From positions 4,721 through 68,720 of the forward strand of contig JAJFGU010000016.1 of assembly GCA_021775955.1 (NCBI GenBank): DNA of 64,000 nt. The letters are read 5' to 3'. The notes beneath the pieces are model-generated. The model searched no databases, was not told where the DNA came from, and saw only the letters and a program-made list of their open reading frames with translations. Numbering within the stretch: the stretch's first letter is position 1; each line of letters begins with the position of its first letter. Source of the DNA: Alphaproteobacteria bacterium (GTDB lineage Bacteria > Pseudomonadota > Alphaproteobacteria > Micavibrionales > Micavibrionaceae). Made by a program: the position numbers and the translations under genes. Shown here piece by piece: positions 27,860 through 36,776 of this stretch.

Positions 27860-29410
27860 ATGGTTAATATTGCGCGCTGGAAAATTATCCTGGTTCTGAT
27901 TGTCTGTACGCTTGGCTTTGTCTATAGCGCGCCGAATGTTACGGGCGAGGGCGCGCGGGTTTGGGTGCAGGAAAACCTCCCGGCTTGGATGCCGAACAAG
28001 ACGGTGAATCTGGGCCTTGACCTGCGTGGTGGTGCTCATTTGCTCTATGAGGTGGATGTGGGTGTTGTCTTTAAAGAGCGCGCTGATTCCATGGTCCAGG
28101 ATTTACGCACGCAATTGCGCAAGGATAAGATCGGTTATACCCGCATTGGCGCGATCCCGAACGGCGTGCGAGTGACGTTGCGCGATACGAATGACGGCGA
28201 AGCCGCACGAAAAACTATGCGTGCCTCAAGCCCTAATCTCAATGTTCTCACCAGTGAAAATGGCAAAACAATTGAAGCCGTCCTCAACGAGGTTGGTATC
28301 AAAGCCATTCAGGACCAGACCATGTCGCAATCGATTGAGATTGTACGTCGCCGTGTCGATGAGGTCGGCACGACCGAGCCGAGTATTCAGCGTCAGGGTC
28401 AGGACAGAATTTTATTACAGGTGCCGGGCGCCAATGCCGAGGACCTGAAACGTGTCGTTGGCAAGACCGCCAAGCTTAGCTTTCATCTGGTGAGCAGCGC
28501 TGGAAAAACTGCCGGGGGTCGCACTTTGCCGATGGCGGAAAACCCGGGCCAGAATATTACGATCAATCGCCGCTCCATTTTGACCGGCGATATGCTGACC
28601 AATGCGCAGCCGGCCTTTGATCAAAACGGCCAGCCTGTGGTGAGCTTTAGTTTGAATAGTACCGGAGCACGGCGTTTTTGTGATGTGACGCGTAACAATG
28701 TCGCCAAGCCGTTTGCGATTGTGCTTGATAATATTGTTATCAGTGCGCCGAATATCCGCGAGCCGATCTGCGGCGGGCGGGCGCAAATTTCCGGTGCCTT
28801 TACCATTCAGCAAGTGAATGAGACGGCTTTGCTGCTGCGCGCCGGGGCGCTGCCCGCACCGATGAAAGTGGTGGAAGAGCGCAGCGTTGGGCCGTCTTTG
28901 GGTGCCGATTCCGTTGCGGCGGGTAAGAAAGCCAGCCTGATCGGGCTGGCCTTTGTGCTGGTGTTTATGTTTATCGCTTACGGGCTGTTTGGTTTTATGG
29001 CTGATGTTGCGCTGGTGGTGAATGTCGCGCTCATTTTTGCTATTTTATCGGGGCTGCAGGCCACATTAACGTTGCCCGGTATTGCCGGGATTGTGCTGAC
29101 TGTCGGCATGGCGGTGGATGCCAATGTGCTGATTTTTGAGCGGATACGGGAGGAACTACGTTCCGGTCGCTCGCCAATCTCGGCGATTGATGCGGGTTAT
29201 AGCCGCGCGATGGGGACAATTATTGACTCGAATCTTACGACATTAATTGCGGCGATTATTCTGTTCTCCTTCGGCACCGGCCCGATTAAAGGCTTTGCTG
29301 TGACGCTAGGGATCGGGATTATGACGTCGTTCTTTACCGCTATCATGGTAACAAGATTACTGGTGGTGACATGGCTGCGTAAAACCGAACCAAAAACGGT
29401 GCCGATATGA
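27860..29410 (+). CDS. secD: Protein translocase subunit SecD
   Basis: 516 aa. It has an N-terminal TM, a large periplasmic domain (LGLDLRGG) and a C-terminal 5-TM bundle (DANVLIFERIREE). Confidence 0.95.
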   Translation: MVNIARWKIILVLIVCTLGFVYSAPNVTGEGARVWVQENLPAWMPNKTVNLGLDLRGGAHLLYEVDVGVVFKERADSMVQDLRTQLRKDKIGYTRIGAIPNGVRVTLRDTNDGEAARKTMRASSPNLNVLTSENGKTIEAVLNEVGIKAIQDQTMSQSIEIVRRRVDEVGTTEPSIQRQGQDRILLQVPGANAEDLKRVVGKTAKLSFHLVSSAGKTAGGRTLPMAENPGQNITINRRSILTGDMLTNAQPAFDQNGQPVVSFSLNSTGARRFCDVTRNNVAKPFAIVLDNIVISAPNIREPICGGRAQISGAFTIQQVNETALLLRAGALPAPMKVVEERSVGPSLGADSVAAGKKASLIGLAFVLVFMFIAYGLFGFMADVALVVNVALIFAILSGLQATLTLPGIAGIVLTVGMAVDANVLIFERIREELRSGRSPISAIDAGYSRAMGTIIDSNLTTLIAAIILFSFGTGPIKGFAVTLGIGIMTSFFTAIMVTRLLVVTWLRKTEPKTVPI

Positions 29411-30039
29411 GGATAGTGTGTTTTATATTGGCTGTGGCCGTGATGACCTTACAGGCTTTTCCTGCCTTTGCTGATCGAGAGGCGGGCAATGCAGCAAATG
29501 TTGCAGCCGGAAAATACGGAAGGTGCTACGCAAAATCAGTTCCGAAGCACACCATGGACCCCTTTGATGAACCCCGCCAGCAGGGGCAAACCAAAGTTTA
29601 TAGAGTTAGTGAGACAGAAGACGAACTGATCAATACCTATGACTGGTTCAGCCACCAGCTTTATCTTGTTTGCAATGCCATGAAGGAAGAAAATTATGGT
29701 GTGGCGGTTATTCGGCTTGGTCCGTGGCACCGGGGAAATGAACCAAACCATGAAGCCTTGGCGCTGGCCTTTTATTTTGATGGGGCTCTTGTTAAAAAAT
29801 ATTCAACATTGGATATCGCAGGCAAGAAAAGAGGGGATGTACCATGGCTTTCAGAAAACGTGAGAGTTTCAGTGTCTCACTATTCAATTTTTAAAAAGCA
29901 ACCAGATCTGGTATGGAAAAAATCCCAAAAGGAGTATGGCGTTGAAACACCTGTCGTAGAGGCCGTCACAGTCGATGGGCGAAAACTAACATTCGACGTG
30001 GCGACCGGCGAAATCATAGAAACAAAAAGTGGCGAATGA
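29407..30039 (+). CDS. Exported hypothetical protein inserted between secD and secF
   Basis: The ATG overlaps the secD stop (ATGA). The signal peptide is MRIVCFILAVAVMTLQAFPAFA. 210 aa, lower GC, and the stop lies 1 nt before the secF ATG at 30041. Confidence 0.55.
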   Translation: MRIVCFILAVAVMTLQAFPAFADREAGNAANVAAGKYGRCYAKSVPKHTMDPFDEPRQQGQTKVYRVSETEDELINTYDWFSHQLYLVCNAMKEENYGVAVIRLGPWHRGNEPNHEALALAFYFDGALVKKYSTLDIAGKKRGDVPWLSENVRVSVSHYSIFKKQPDLVWKKSQKEYGVETPVVEAVTVDGRKLTFDVATGEIIETKSGE

Positions 30040-30040
30040 T

Positions 30041-30982
30041 ATGAAGGGATTTAGATTGGTACCGGAAGAGACGAAAATTAACTTTATCGGCAAGCGTTTG
30101 CTCGCCTTTGTGTTTTCGATTGTTCTTTTGTCCGGCTCGATTGGTTTGATTGTGAAGGACGGCCTCAATTTCGGTATTGATTTTGCCGGCGGCACGATGA
30201 TTGAAGTCCGTACGCCGGAAGTGCCCGATCTTGGCGCTGTGCGTCAGGAGCTAAATGCTCTGGGCATTGGCGCCGTTTCGATCCAGGAATTCGGCCAGCC
30301 CGATGACCTGCTGATCCGTTTGCCACAGCAAGATGGCGGGGCGGACGAACAAAAGGTCGCAATTGAATCCGTACGAAATGCCCTAGACGCACGGTTTTCC
30401 GGACAGCTCGATTACCGCCGCACCGAATTTGTCGGCCCGCAGGTGGGTGAGGAGCTGAAGAAGCAGGGCATGTATGCCGTGCTGTTTTCGCTGCTCGGTA
30501 TCATGGCCTATGTCTGGTTTCGTTTTGAGTGGCAATTCGGCGTCGCGGCGATTGTCGCACTGGCCCATGATGCGATTGCCACGGTGGGGCTGTTTGCGTT
30601 GACACAGCTCGAGTTTAATCTTTCGACCGTGGCGGCGATTTTGATGATTGCCGGCTATTCGATCAATGACACGGTGGTGGTGTTTGACCGCATCCGCGAG
30701 AATTTGCGCAAATATAAAAAGACCCCGCTGGCCGAGCTGTTTAACATGTCGGTCAATCAAATGCTGGCACGGACCTTGATGACGTCGGTCACGACGCTGC
30801 TGGCGCTGGTGGCGCTGTATGTGTTTGGCGGCGAGGTCATCCGCGATTTTGTCTATGCGCTGATTTTCGGCGTGGTGATCGGGACGTATTCTTCCGTATT
30901 TATCGCATCGCCCGTGCTGCTCTATATGAATATCAGACGCAGCGATGCTGCGCCGAAGGAGCCGGAACCACAAGAGGTTTAA
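30041..30982 (+). CDS. secF: Protein translocase subunit SecF
   Basis: FGIDFAGG, a 6-TM core and DTVVVFDRIREN. An alternative GTG start at 30029 is possible. Confidence 0.95.
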   Translation: MKGFRLVPEETKINFIGKRLLAFVFSIVLLSGSIGLIVKDGLNFGIDFAGGTMIEVRTPEVPDLGAVRQELNALGIGAVSIQEFGQPDDLLIRLPQQDGGADEQKVAIESVRNALDARFSGQLDYRRTEFVGPQVGEELKKQGMYAVLFSLLGIMAYVWFRFEWQFGVAAIVALAHDAIATVGLFALTQLEFNLSTVAAILMIAGYSINDTVVVFDRIRENLRKYKKTPLAELFNMSVNQMLARTLMTSVTTLLALVALYVFGGEVIRDFVYALIFGVVIGTYSSVFIASPVLLYMNIRRSDAAPKEPEPQEV

Positions 30983-31360
30983 ATGGACGTTACCCCGCTT
31001 ATCAGGGAAGGCCAGCAGGTTATTCAGAGCTATGCCGGTGGGCGCTTTCGGGTGAATGGCGAAGTTTTCACGCAGCCAATTATAGTTCTTCCCGAGAAGG
31101 TTGAGTTGTGGAGCGTAAAAGCGGGCTTTGAGGGGCTGCAATCGGGTGATTTTGAGCCTCTGGTGGCCCTGGCGAGTGATCTGGACGTCATCCTGCTGGG
31201 ATGTGGCGCGAAGATGGGCTTTTTGCCGCCAATTCTTAAAAACACTCTGAAAAATCAAAGTATTAGCATAGATACCATGGATACCGGCGCCGCCTGCCGT
31301 ACCTATAATGTCCTGATGGCCGAAGGCCGACGCGTTGCCACCGCTTTATTGCTTACGTAA
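30983..31360 (+). CDS. Mth938-like (DUF498) protein, NDUFAF3 homologue
   Basis: 125 aa. It has I..Y..G.F.VNG, ILLGCG and the tail DTMDTGAACRTYNVLMAEGRRVATALL, characteristic of the Mth938/NDUFAF3 fold. It directly follows secF. Confidence 0.8.
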   Translation: MDVTPLIREGQQVIQSYAGGRFRVNGEVFTQPIIVLPEKVELWSVKAGFEGLQSGDFEPLVALASDLDVILLGCGAKMGFLPPILKNTLKNQSISIDTMDTGAACRTYNVLMAEGRRVATALLLT

Positions 31361-31465
31361 ATTTGAATAACCCCCTCATATCATGTATACTATTCTACAT
31401 AATAACAAATTTTAAGAAGCGCCATTTTAGCGCTCATGTTGACGGTATGAGAAGGGGAGTGTGTG

Positions 31466-33190
31466 ATGGCGGAAAGCGATTCCGACATTTATCAACCTAC
31501 AGGGAAATTTGTAAGAGAGGTAACTGGCCCGGACGGTACAAAGTTCGAGGTCAACCCGACCTCTGTCGAACTAATTCGTTATCTCCCGAACGTAGAAAAA
31601 TTGGAAACAGGCAAGGTTGTCAAAAATGATGATGTCCATGATACGATTGTCAATCCAGCAAGTTCACAACCTCGTGTTATCAAAAAGCTAGCACCCAATG
31701 GAAAACCGGTTGTTTTTGCTTATGTCCACAAGGGCAAGGAAAAAGACAAAAGCGTGGATGACGGCGATCTCTATCCCTGGAAAGAGGGAGATAAGCAGTT
31801 TGATCCCAAAGAGGCCGTAGGGGTTTATTATATTCCGGATACAGTCCCGCGTAATTCGCAAAATCTGGGTACAAGAATTGATTATCTCGACGTGCGCACG
31901 GCAAGGGGCGGGCTGTTTGATGTCAACGGAGAAGAGGTGGACGATGCCTATGTCCATGTAGATTCTGTCAAAATAGGGGGCACTGTTTACTCCGATAATG
32001 TTCATAAGCCCGCTGGTAAAGGCTGGGTTTTTAAAGAAGATTCTCAACCGAGCGCTGCGCTTGCCGCACCTACTGAAAGCCTAGCAGGGGTTTCTCCTGA
32101 TGGGGGAGAGAGTGAGCCAGCTCTGCCGCAAGAACATGAACCACCGGTATTGGATCATGTCCTGTCACCGGACGAATTTCAGGGAGAGCTTCTTAAGCGC
32201 TACGAGGTCTCGCCCGATGCCCTGGCGGCTCTGGAAGGGTTGGAAGATCAGGGCCGGGACGTCATGGGCGAGGCATGGCGGGCGATGACAGGTATAAAAA
32301 ACGCACTGAATGCCGATTCACAAAATCAAAAATATATTTTGGATACAATAGATGGGCATCCCGGCTATAGCGATATTCTCGCCGATTATGCTTATCAGAG
32401 CATTCGCGACGGAAAATTTCCTCCTGAGGGTGGCTATCAGCATTTCATGCAAATGCGCCGTATGGGAAAGCAGCCTCCGCTTCCAAAGCCGGTGCCGGAG
32501 CCTGTCTCTGAAGCTGATGTTCAGACTTCACAGAATCTGCCACCGGCTTTGGCAGAGCATTTTGCCGATGTTTGCGGACCTCAGTCCGGCGTGCCGGATC
32601 TACAGGACGCTTTTGGAAAGGCCTGCGAAGGTAAGCAAGGGGCAGCAAAAATCCCCAGCCTTGAAGGTGAGATGACCCCGTTGACAAAAGAACATCGTAG
32701 ATCTCCGCATCCAGATGATGAAATTCTGCGCTCGCTTGATCCTGCTTTACTGGCCGAGGATGCCGCCTTTGATCCGGTTTTTGTTGAGGGCACCAAGACA
32801 ATCGTAACCATTAAGATAGGTGAAGGAGCAGCCTACTCCCTTTGGAAAAACGACCAGGGCCATTATAAGTTAAGAAGCCCGGAAGATCTGATCGGCCTTA
32901 CAGCACAACTCGGACCAGCTGGATTGAATGATGTGGTTGGTGATTTCATAGAGCAGACAATGGATGTTCAAAATAATATTGAGGGCAGTAAGGCAACGCA
33001 CACCTTTAAAGAAGGCACAACCAAAGGGCAGGCCGCCAATGATGTTATCAGGGGGCTTGAGACGCAATGGCCTGAATCAAGTGCTGAACCACCAGATTTA
33101 TCGCCCAGTGAGAGGCAGGATAGGATAGAACAGCAAACGAGCACTGACATGCCCGCCGACATATCTAAAACTTCGGTAATGAAAATATAA
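31466..33190 (+). CDS. Large hypothetical protein (ORFan), no signal peptide or TM
   Basis: About 574 aa, with a GAAGGGGAG SD 6 nt upstream of the ATG at 31466. It has acidic and Pro-rich linkers, and I recognise no family motif. Confidence 0.5.
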   Translation: MAESDSDIYQPTGKFVREVTGPDGTKFEVNPTSVELIRYLPNVEKLETGKVVKNDDVHDTIVNPASSQPRVIKKLAPNGKPVVFAYVHKGKEKDKSVDDGDLYPWKEGDKQFDPKEAVGVYYIPDTVPRNSQNLGTRIDYLDVRTARGGLFDVNGEEVDDAYVHVDSVKIGGTVYSDNVHKPAGKGWVFKEDSQPSAALAAPTESLAGVSPDGGESEPALPQEHEPPVLDHVLSPDEFQGELLKRYEVSPDALAALEGLEDQGRDVMGEAWRAMTGIKNALNADSQNQKYILDTIDGHPGYSDILADYAYQSIRDGKFPPEGGYQHFMQMRRMGKQPPLPKPVPEPVSEADVQTSQNLPPALAEHFADVCGPQSGVPDLQDAFGKACEGKQGAAKIPSLEGEMTPLTKEHRRSPHPDDEILRSLDPALLAEDAAFDPVFVEGTKTIVTIKIGEGAAYSLWKNDQGHYKLRSPEDLIGLTAQLGPAGLNDVVGDFIEQTMDVQNNIEGSKATHTFKEGTTKGQAANDVIRGLETQWPESSAEPPDLSPSERQDRIEQQTSTDMPADISKTSVMKI

Positions 33191-33193
33191 ACT

Positions 33194-33814
33194 CTAGGCG
33201 GCGATCTTCAGCGGGCCTTTTTCGAACAGCTCCGCCACGTAATCCCAGTTCACGAGATTATCGACAAAAGCCTCAAGATATTTTGGCCGGGCGTTGCGGT
33301 AATCGATGTAATAGCTGTGCTCCCACACATCACAACCCAGCAATGCCGTTTTGCCGTGGGTGAGCGGGTTATCGGCATTGGCCGTTTTCATGATCTCCAG
33401 CTTGCCGTCATCACCCATCACCAGCCAGGCCCAGCCCGAGCCGAATTGCGTCATGCCCGCCTCAATAAATTTACCGCGGAAGTCGTCAAAACTGCCAAAG
33501 CTTTCATTGATGGCGGTATCGAGATTGCCCGGGCGATCGCCACCGCCATCTGGCTTCATCCAGTTCCAGAAATGCTGGTGGTTCCAGTGCTGCCCGGCAT
33601 TGTTAAACAGCCCGGCATTGCCCGCTTTATGGGCGTTGATAACCACTTCCTCCAGTGTCTCGCCCATATTCTCCAGGTCTTCGATGATTTTATTGCCATT
33701 ATCGACATAGGCCTGATGATGTTTGTCATGGTGGTATTCCAGCGTTTCCGCCGACATATACGGGTCCAGCGCGTCATAGGAATAGGGCAGTTTGGGAAGA
33801 TCAAAAGCGGCCAT
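33194..33814 (-). CDS. sodB: Iron (Fe/Mn family) superoxide dismutase
   Basis: LPKLPYSYDALDPYMSAETLEYHHDKHH, FNNAGQHWNHQHFW and DVWEHSYYIDYRN are present. The start is moved to the ATG at 33814, which has an AAGGAG SD. Confidence 0.95.
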   Translation of the reverse strand: MAAFDLPKLPYSYDALDPYMSAETLEYHHDKHHQAYVDNGNKIIEDLENMGETLEEVVINAHKAGNAGLFNNAGQHWNHQHFWNWMKPDGGGDRPGNLDTAINESFGSFDDFRGKFIEAGMTQFGSGWAWLVMGDDGKLEIMKTANADNPLTHGKTALLGCDVWEHSYYIDYRNARPKYLEAFVDNLVNWDYVAELFEKGPLKIAA

Positions 33815-33865
33815 AACGGTTCTCCTTGGGTAGCTCTTCTTGCAAAAATTATTGAAAGGTTTTTT

Positions 33866-34045
33866 ACCACAGATAAACACAGATAAATACAGATTTTTGT
33901 AACGAAGATACGAAGTAACGAGGAAATATAAATAAAACTTCGGATCTTCGAAACTTCGTTACATATTAAATATTTAAATCTTCTTTTTTATTATCTGTGT
34001 CTATCCGTGTTCATCTGTGGTTTTTAAATTTTTTAATTTGTGGTT
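33866..34045. repeat. Nested cassette: outer phased arms (word ATCTGTG) enclosing an inner inverted pair of arms (word CTTCG), plus an extra GTGGTT box
   Basis: Outer left arm 33866-33894 is ACCACAGATAAACACAGATAAATACAGAT. Inner left 33899-33923 is GTAACGAAGATACGAAGTAACGAGG. Inner right 33936-33962 is AACTTCGGATCTTCGAAACTTCGTTAC. Outer right 33993-34022 is ATCTGTGTCTATCCGTGTTCATCTGTGGTT. A second GTGGTT lies at 34040-34045. Confidence 0.9.
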
Positions 34046-34055
34046 TAAAGGGGCT

Positions 34056-34868
34056 ATGAAGAAAGACATTTCATATTGTGGGCAGTTGGTCAAAGAACAC
34101 GATCCAGACCGGTTTTTGATTTCGATGCTGATGCGTCCCGAGAGCAGGGAGGCGCTGTGGGCTCTGTTTGCCTTCAATCATGAAATCGCCAAAACCCGCG
34201 AGGTGGTCAGCGAAACGCAGCTCGGTCATATTCGCCTGCAATGGTGGCGCGATGCGATTGCGGGGATTTACGATGGCGGTGAGGTGCTGGAGCACGAAGT
34301 CATTAAGCCGCTGGCCGAAGCTATACGAGCGCATGATCTGCCGCGCGAGTATTTTGATTCTTTGTTGCATGCGCGCGAATTTGATCTGGAGGATATGGCG
34401 CCGGCGCATCTGGAGGGGCTTTTGATTTACGCTGATCATACGCAGACGCCGCTGATGAAACTGGCGGTGCAGATGACAGGTGATGACCCGGAACTGGAGC
34501 CGGTGCAGCCTGTAGCCATTAATTACGCGCTGGCCGGGATTTTACGCGCCGTGCCGTTCCACAAGGCGCAGGGCCGGAGCTATTTGCCTGTTGATCTGAT
34601 GGCGGCGAATGGGTTAACCCTTCAGAAATTACCAGCGAGTGACCTTTCTTCCTCCACCTATTCGGAGTTATGTGAAATAATAGAAAAAGTAATGGTAGAA
34701 AGGGTGGTGGGGTTGCGGCCCAAAAGCCGTTTCCTACGGGCTTCCGATCATCTGGCGCAGATGTATTTTAATCAGATAAAGAAACACAAATTTAACCTTT
34801 TTGCCCCTAAAATGGCTGTTCCTCCGGCCTTTAAAGAGCTCAGGCTGTTGGTCGCGTCTCTGCGATAG
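34056..34868 (+). CDS. Squalene/phytoene synthase family protein (NDUFAF6-like)
   Basis: Isoprenoid-synthase-fold pattern: YCGQLVKEHDPDRF, ALFAFNHEIAKTRE, RLQWWRDAI. The start is moved to the ATG at 34056. Confidence 0.75.
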   Translation: MKKDISYCGQLVKEHDPDRFLISMLMRPESREALWALFAFNHEIAKTREVVSETQLGHIRLQWWRDAIAGIYDGGEVLEHEVIKPLAEAIRAHDLPREYFDSLLHAREFDLEDMAPAHLEGLLIYADHTQTPLMKLAVQMTGDDPELEPVQPVAINYALAGILRAVPFHKAQGRSYLPVDLMAANGLTLQKLPASDLSSSTYSELCEIIEKVMVERVVGLRPKSRFLRASDHLAQMYFNQIKKHKFNLFAPKMAVPPAFKELRLLVASLR

Positions 34869-34968
34869 TTTTCTATAATTTATGGTTGTAAGTGTTCTGT
34901 TAACGGTGCTATGGTAGCATTATAACAAATAGGGTTTGATTTTATATCAAAGAGTTAGGGGAAGTTTC

Positions 34969-35214
34969 ATGGTAGATCCAACAAAAGCTGTCGGCTCGGT
35001 TCCGGGTATTACAAATCAGGGCAACAAGCCACAGGCCACCGACAATTCAAAGAAATCCGAAGAGGCGCAGGCGACGCGCAGCAGCGACGAGGTCAGCATT
35101 TCGGCCGAGGCGGAAGAAGCACAGGCCAATGCGCAATCACGTGAAGCGCGCCACGCGCTGGAAAATTCTGATGATGCACTCGGTCTGGACCCTGATTTTG
35201 ATCAGGACGCTTAA
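34969..35214 (+). CDS. Small acidic protein, possibly FlgM-like anti-sigma factor
   Basis: 81 aa, with an AGGGGAAG SD. The low-complexity N-terminal half and the segment DEVSISAEA recall the FlgM family. There are no flagellar genes nearby, so the call is weak. Confidence 0.3.
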   Translation: MVDPTKAVGSVPGITNQGNKPQATDNSKKSEEAQATRSSDEVSISAEAEEAQANAQSREARHALENSDDALGLDPDFDQDA

Positions 35215-35217
35215 CAG

Positions 35218-36042
35218 CTAACGATCTCTATCCCATTTTTTTCTGGCCTTCTTTTTGGCCTTTTGGGCGCGGTCTTTATGCGTGTCCTTGTGCTTTTCCA
35301 TTTTATCCTGATGCTGCTCATGGTGCTGTCCGTGTTTTTTCCGGATCACGTCCTTGTGATGGCGGCGGTGCACAACATTCATCTGTTTGTGATAGGCCAC
35401 CCTTTGTTTGGCTCTGAGTTTGTTTTTAAGTGCAATGGTGCCGATAGCCCGGTCTATTTTTGCTTTCTTCCACGCTTTGGGCTGCCCGGGCGGGCTAAAC
35501 TGGTTTCTGATAAAGCTGCCCTGGCCTTTGGGAACGATAACACTGTCTCTGTTGTTGGTGACGGTAACCTCGCCGTCCTGTACGAACACGCCATATTCCT
35601 CATCCAGATCGCCACCCCAAACGGTGGTGCCGCGAATGCCGATTGACCCGGCGCTGGTTTCGATATTTATATTCGGGTTTGCTGTCTTGGTAATCAGCCC
35701 ACTGACGAAAAGAAAGCTGCCTTTCAGTATATTAAAATTTCCAGTGCTGGAGCCGCTCTCATCAGGGTCATAAATATAGTTATCGACCAAAAGGCTGGCA
35801 TTTTCGCCAAGCGTTAATTGTGTATCGTCAATAAAAAGAATGAGCGCTCTTGATTGCGGCCCGGTGACAATGCTGTCGTTTAAATGAACCGGGTCGTCAA
35901 TTTTGTAGGGCTGGTTGCCGGAGGAATCATAAACCCCACCTTCGATTTCAATGAGCGTGCCGACCAGCTCTTTTTCAGCGGCCTGCGCCGGGTAAGGTAG
36001 GGCAATCAAAAACGCAAAAATCAAAAGGCAAATACGGGCCAT
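35218..36042 (-). CDS. Secreted FecR-domain protein with His/Lys-rich basic tail
   Basis: Signal peptide MARICLLIFAFLIALPYPAQA. The FecR-like core has ALILFIDDTQLTLGENASL, KGSFLFVSG and SIGIRGTTVW. The C-terminus is HHKDVIRKKHGQHHEQHQDKMEKHKDTHKD. Confidence 0.65.
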   Translation of the reverse strand: MARICLLIFAFLIALPYPAQAAEKELVGTLIEIEGGVYDSSGNQPYKIDDPVHLNDSIVTGPQSRALILFIDDTQLTLGENASLLVDNYIYDPDESGSSTGNFNILKGSFLFVSGLITKTANPNINIETSAGSIGIRGTTVWGGDLDEEYGVFVQDGEVTVTNNRDSVIVPKGQGSFIRNQFSPPGQPKAWKKAKIDRAIGTIALKNKLRAKQRVAYHKQMNVVHRRHHKDVIRKKHGQHHEQHQDKMEKHKDTHKDRAQKAKKKARKKWDRDR

Positions 36043-36080
36043 GGTTTCCTCTCTCTGCTATTAGATGAATCGGTATAATC

Positions 36081-36731
36081 CTAATGAGAAAACGCTGCGT
36101 TTTGAAGGAAATGTTTTACCTGTTCCATAACCTTGGGATTGAACATCATAAAAGTATGGGTGGCCTTGATAACAATATGATCGGCCATGCCGTCGATCTT
36201 GGTGCGCTCGACAGGCACGATGCCGTCATGCTCGCCATCGAGAACCCAGGGCGCGAGGGGATTGATCGAAACATTTCCGGCAATCACGCCGAGGGGATAA
36301 TCAATATCGTCGTCAATATGCTCGTAACCGGTGATGAGTTGTTCACTGGCCGGGCCGAAGATAGCGCGAAAGGCCGGGGCAAGGATTTCCGTCTCAGACA
36401 GGAAGTCAGCAAATTCACTGCCCGTATTGGGTGGCCCGAGCATCACCACCTTGCCGAGATTATCCGGGTGGCGCTTGGCGATATAATAACGCGCAATCAG
36501 CCCGCCCATCGAATGGGTAACAAAATGCAGTTTGCTTGCGTTTTTGTAGTGCTCGTTTTCGCTGATTTTGTCATGGACGAATTCGGTGAGGTCTTCGAGG
36601 CTCTGTTCGCGTGACGGGTAGAGAATATTTGCGACTTCGTAGCCCTGCTTTTCCAGATACATCGCCAGCGGCAGCATATCGGTCTTGCTACGCAAAATAC
36701 CGTGAAGAAGGACGACGAGTTCTTTGGGCAA
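36081..36731 (-). CDS. Alpha/beta hydrolase (esterase/lipase-like), cytoplasmic
   Basis: VVLLHGILRS (oxyanion region), nucleophile elbow THSMGG, and no signal peptide. 216 aa. Confidence 0.75.
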   Translation of the reverse strand: MPKELVVLLHGILRSKTDMLPLAMYLEKQGYEVANILYPSREQSLEDLTEFVHDKISENEHYKNASKLHFVTHSMGGLIARYYIAKRHPDNLGKVVMLGPPNTGSEFADFLSETEILAPAFRAIFGPASEQLITGYEHIDDDIDYPLGVIAGNVSINPLAPWVLDGEHDGIVPVERTKIDGMADHIVIKATHTFMMFNPKVMEQVKHFLQNAAFSH

Positions 36732-36776
36732 GGCTGAGGATCTCCGTACTCTGTTTAGGCAGAGTGTAGCGGATTC

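Noticed and set aside
30383-31258. 291-aa minus-strand ORF
   Set aside because: It is antisense to secF and the Mth938-like gene. Its His/Arg/Gln-rich composition is not protein-like.
34969-35214. Flagellar regulon, suggested by the FlgM-like small ORF
   Set aside because: Similarity is limited to composition and a short DEVSISAEA segment. There are no flagellar genes or a sigma-28-type promoter nearby. It is kept only as a low-confidence feature.
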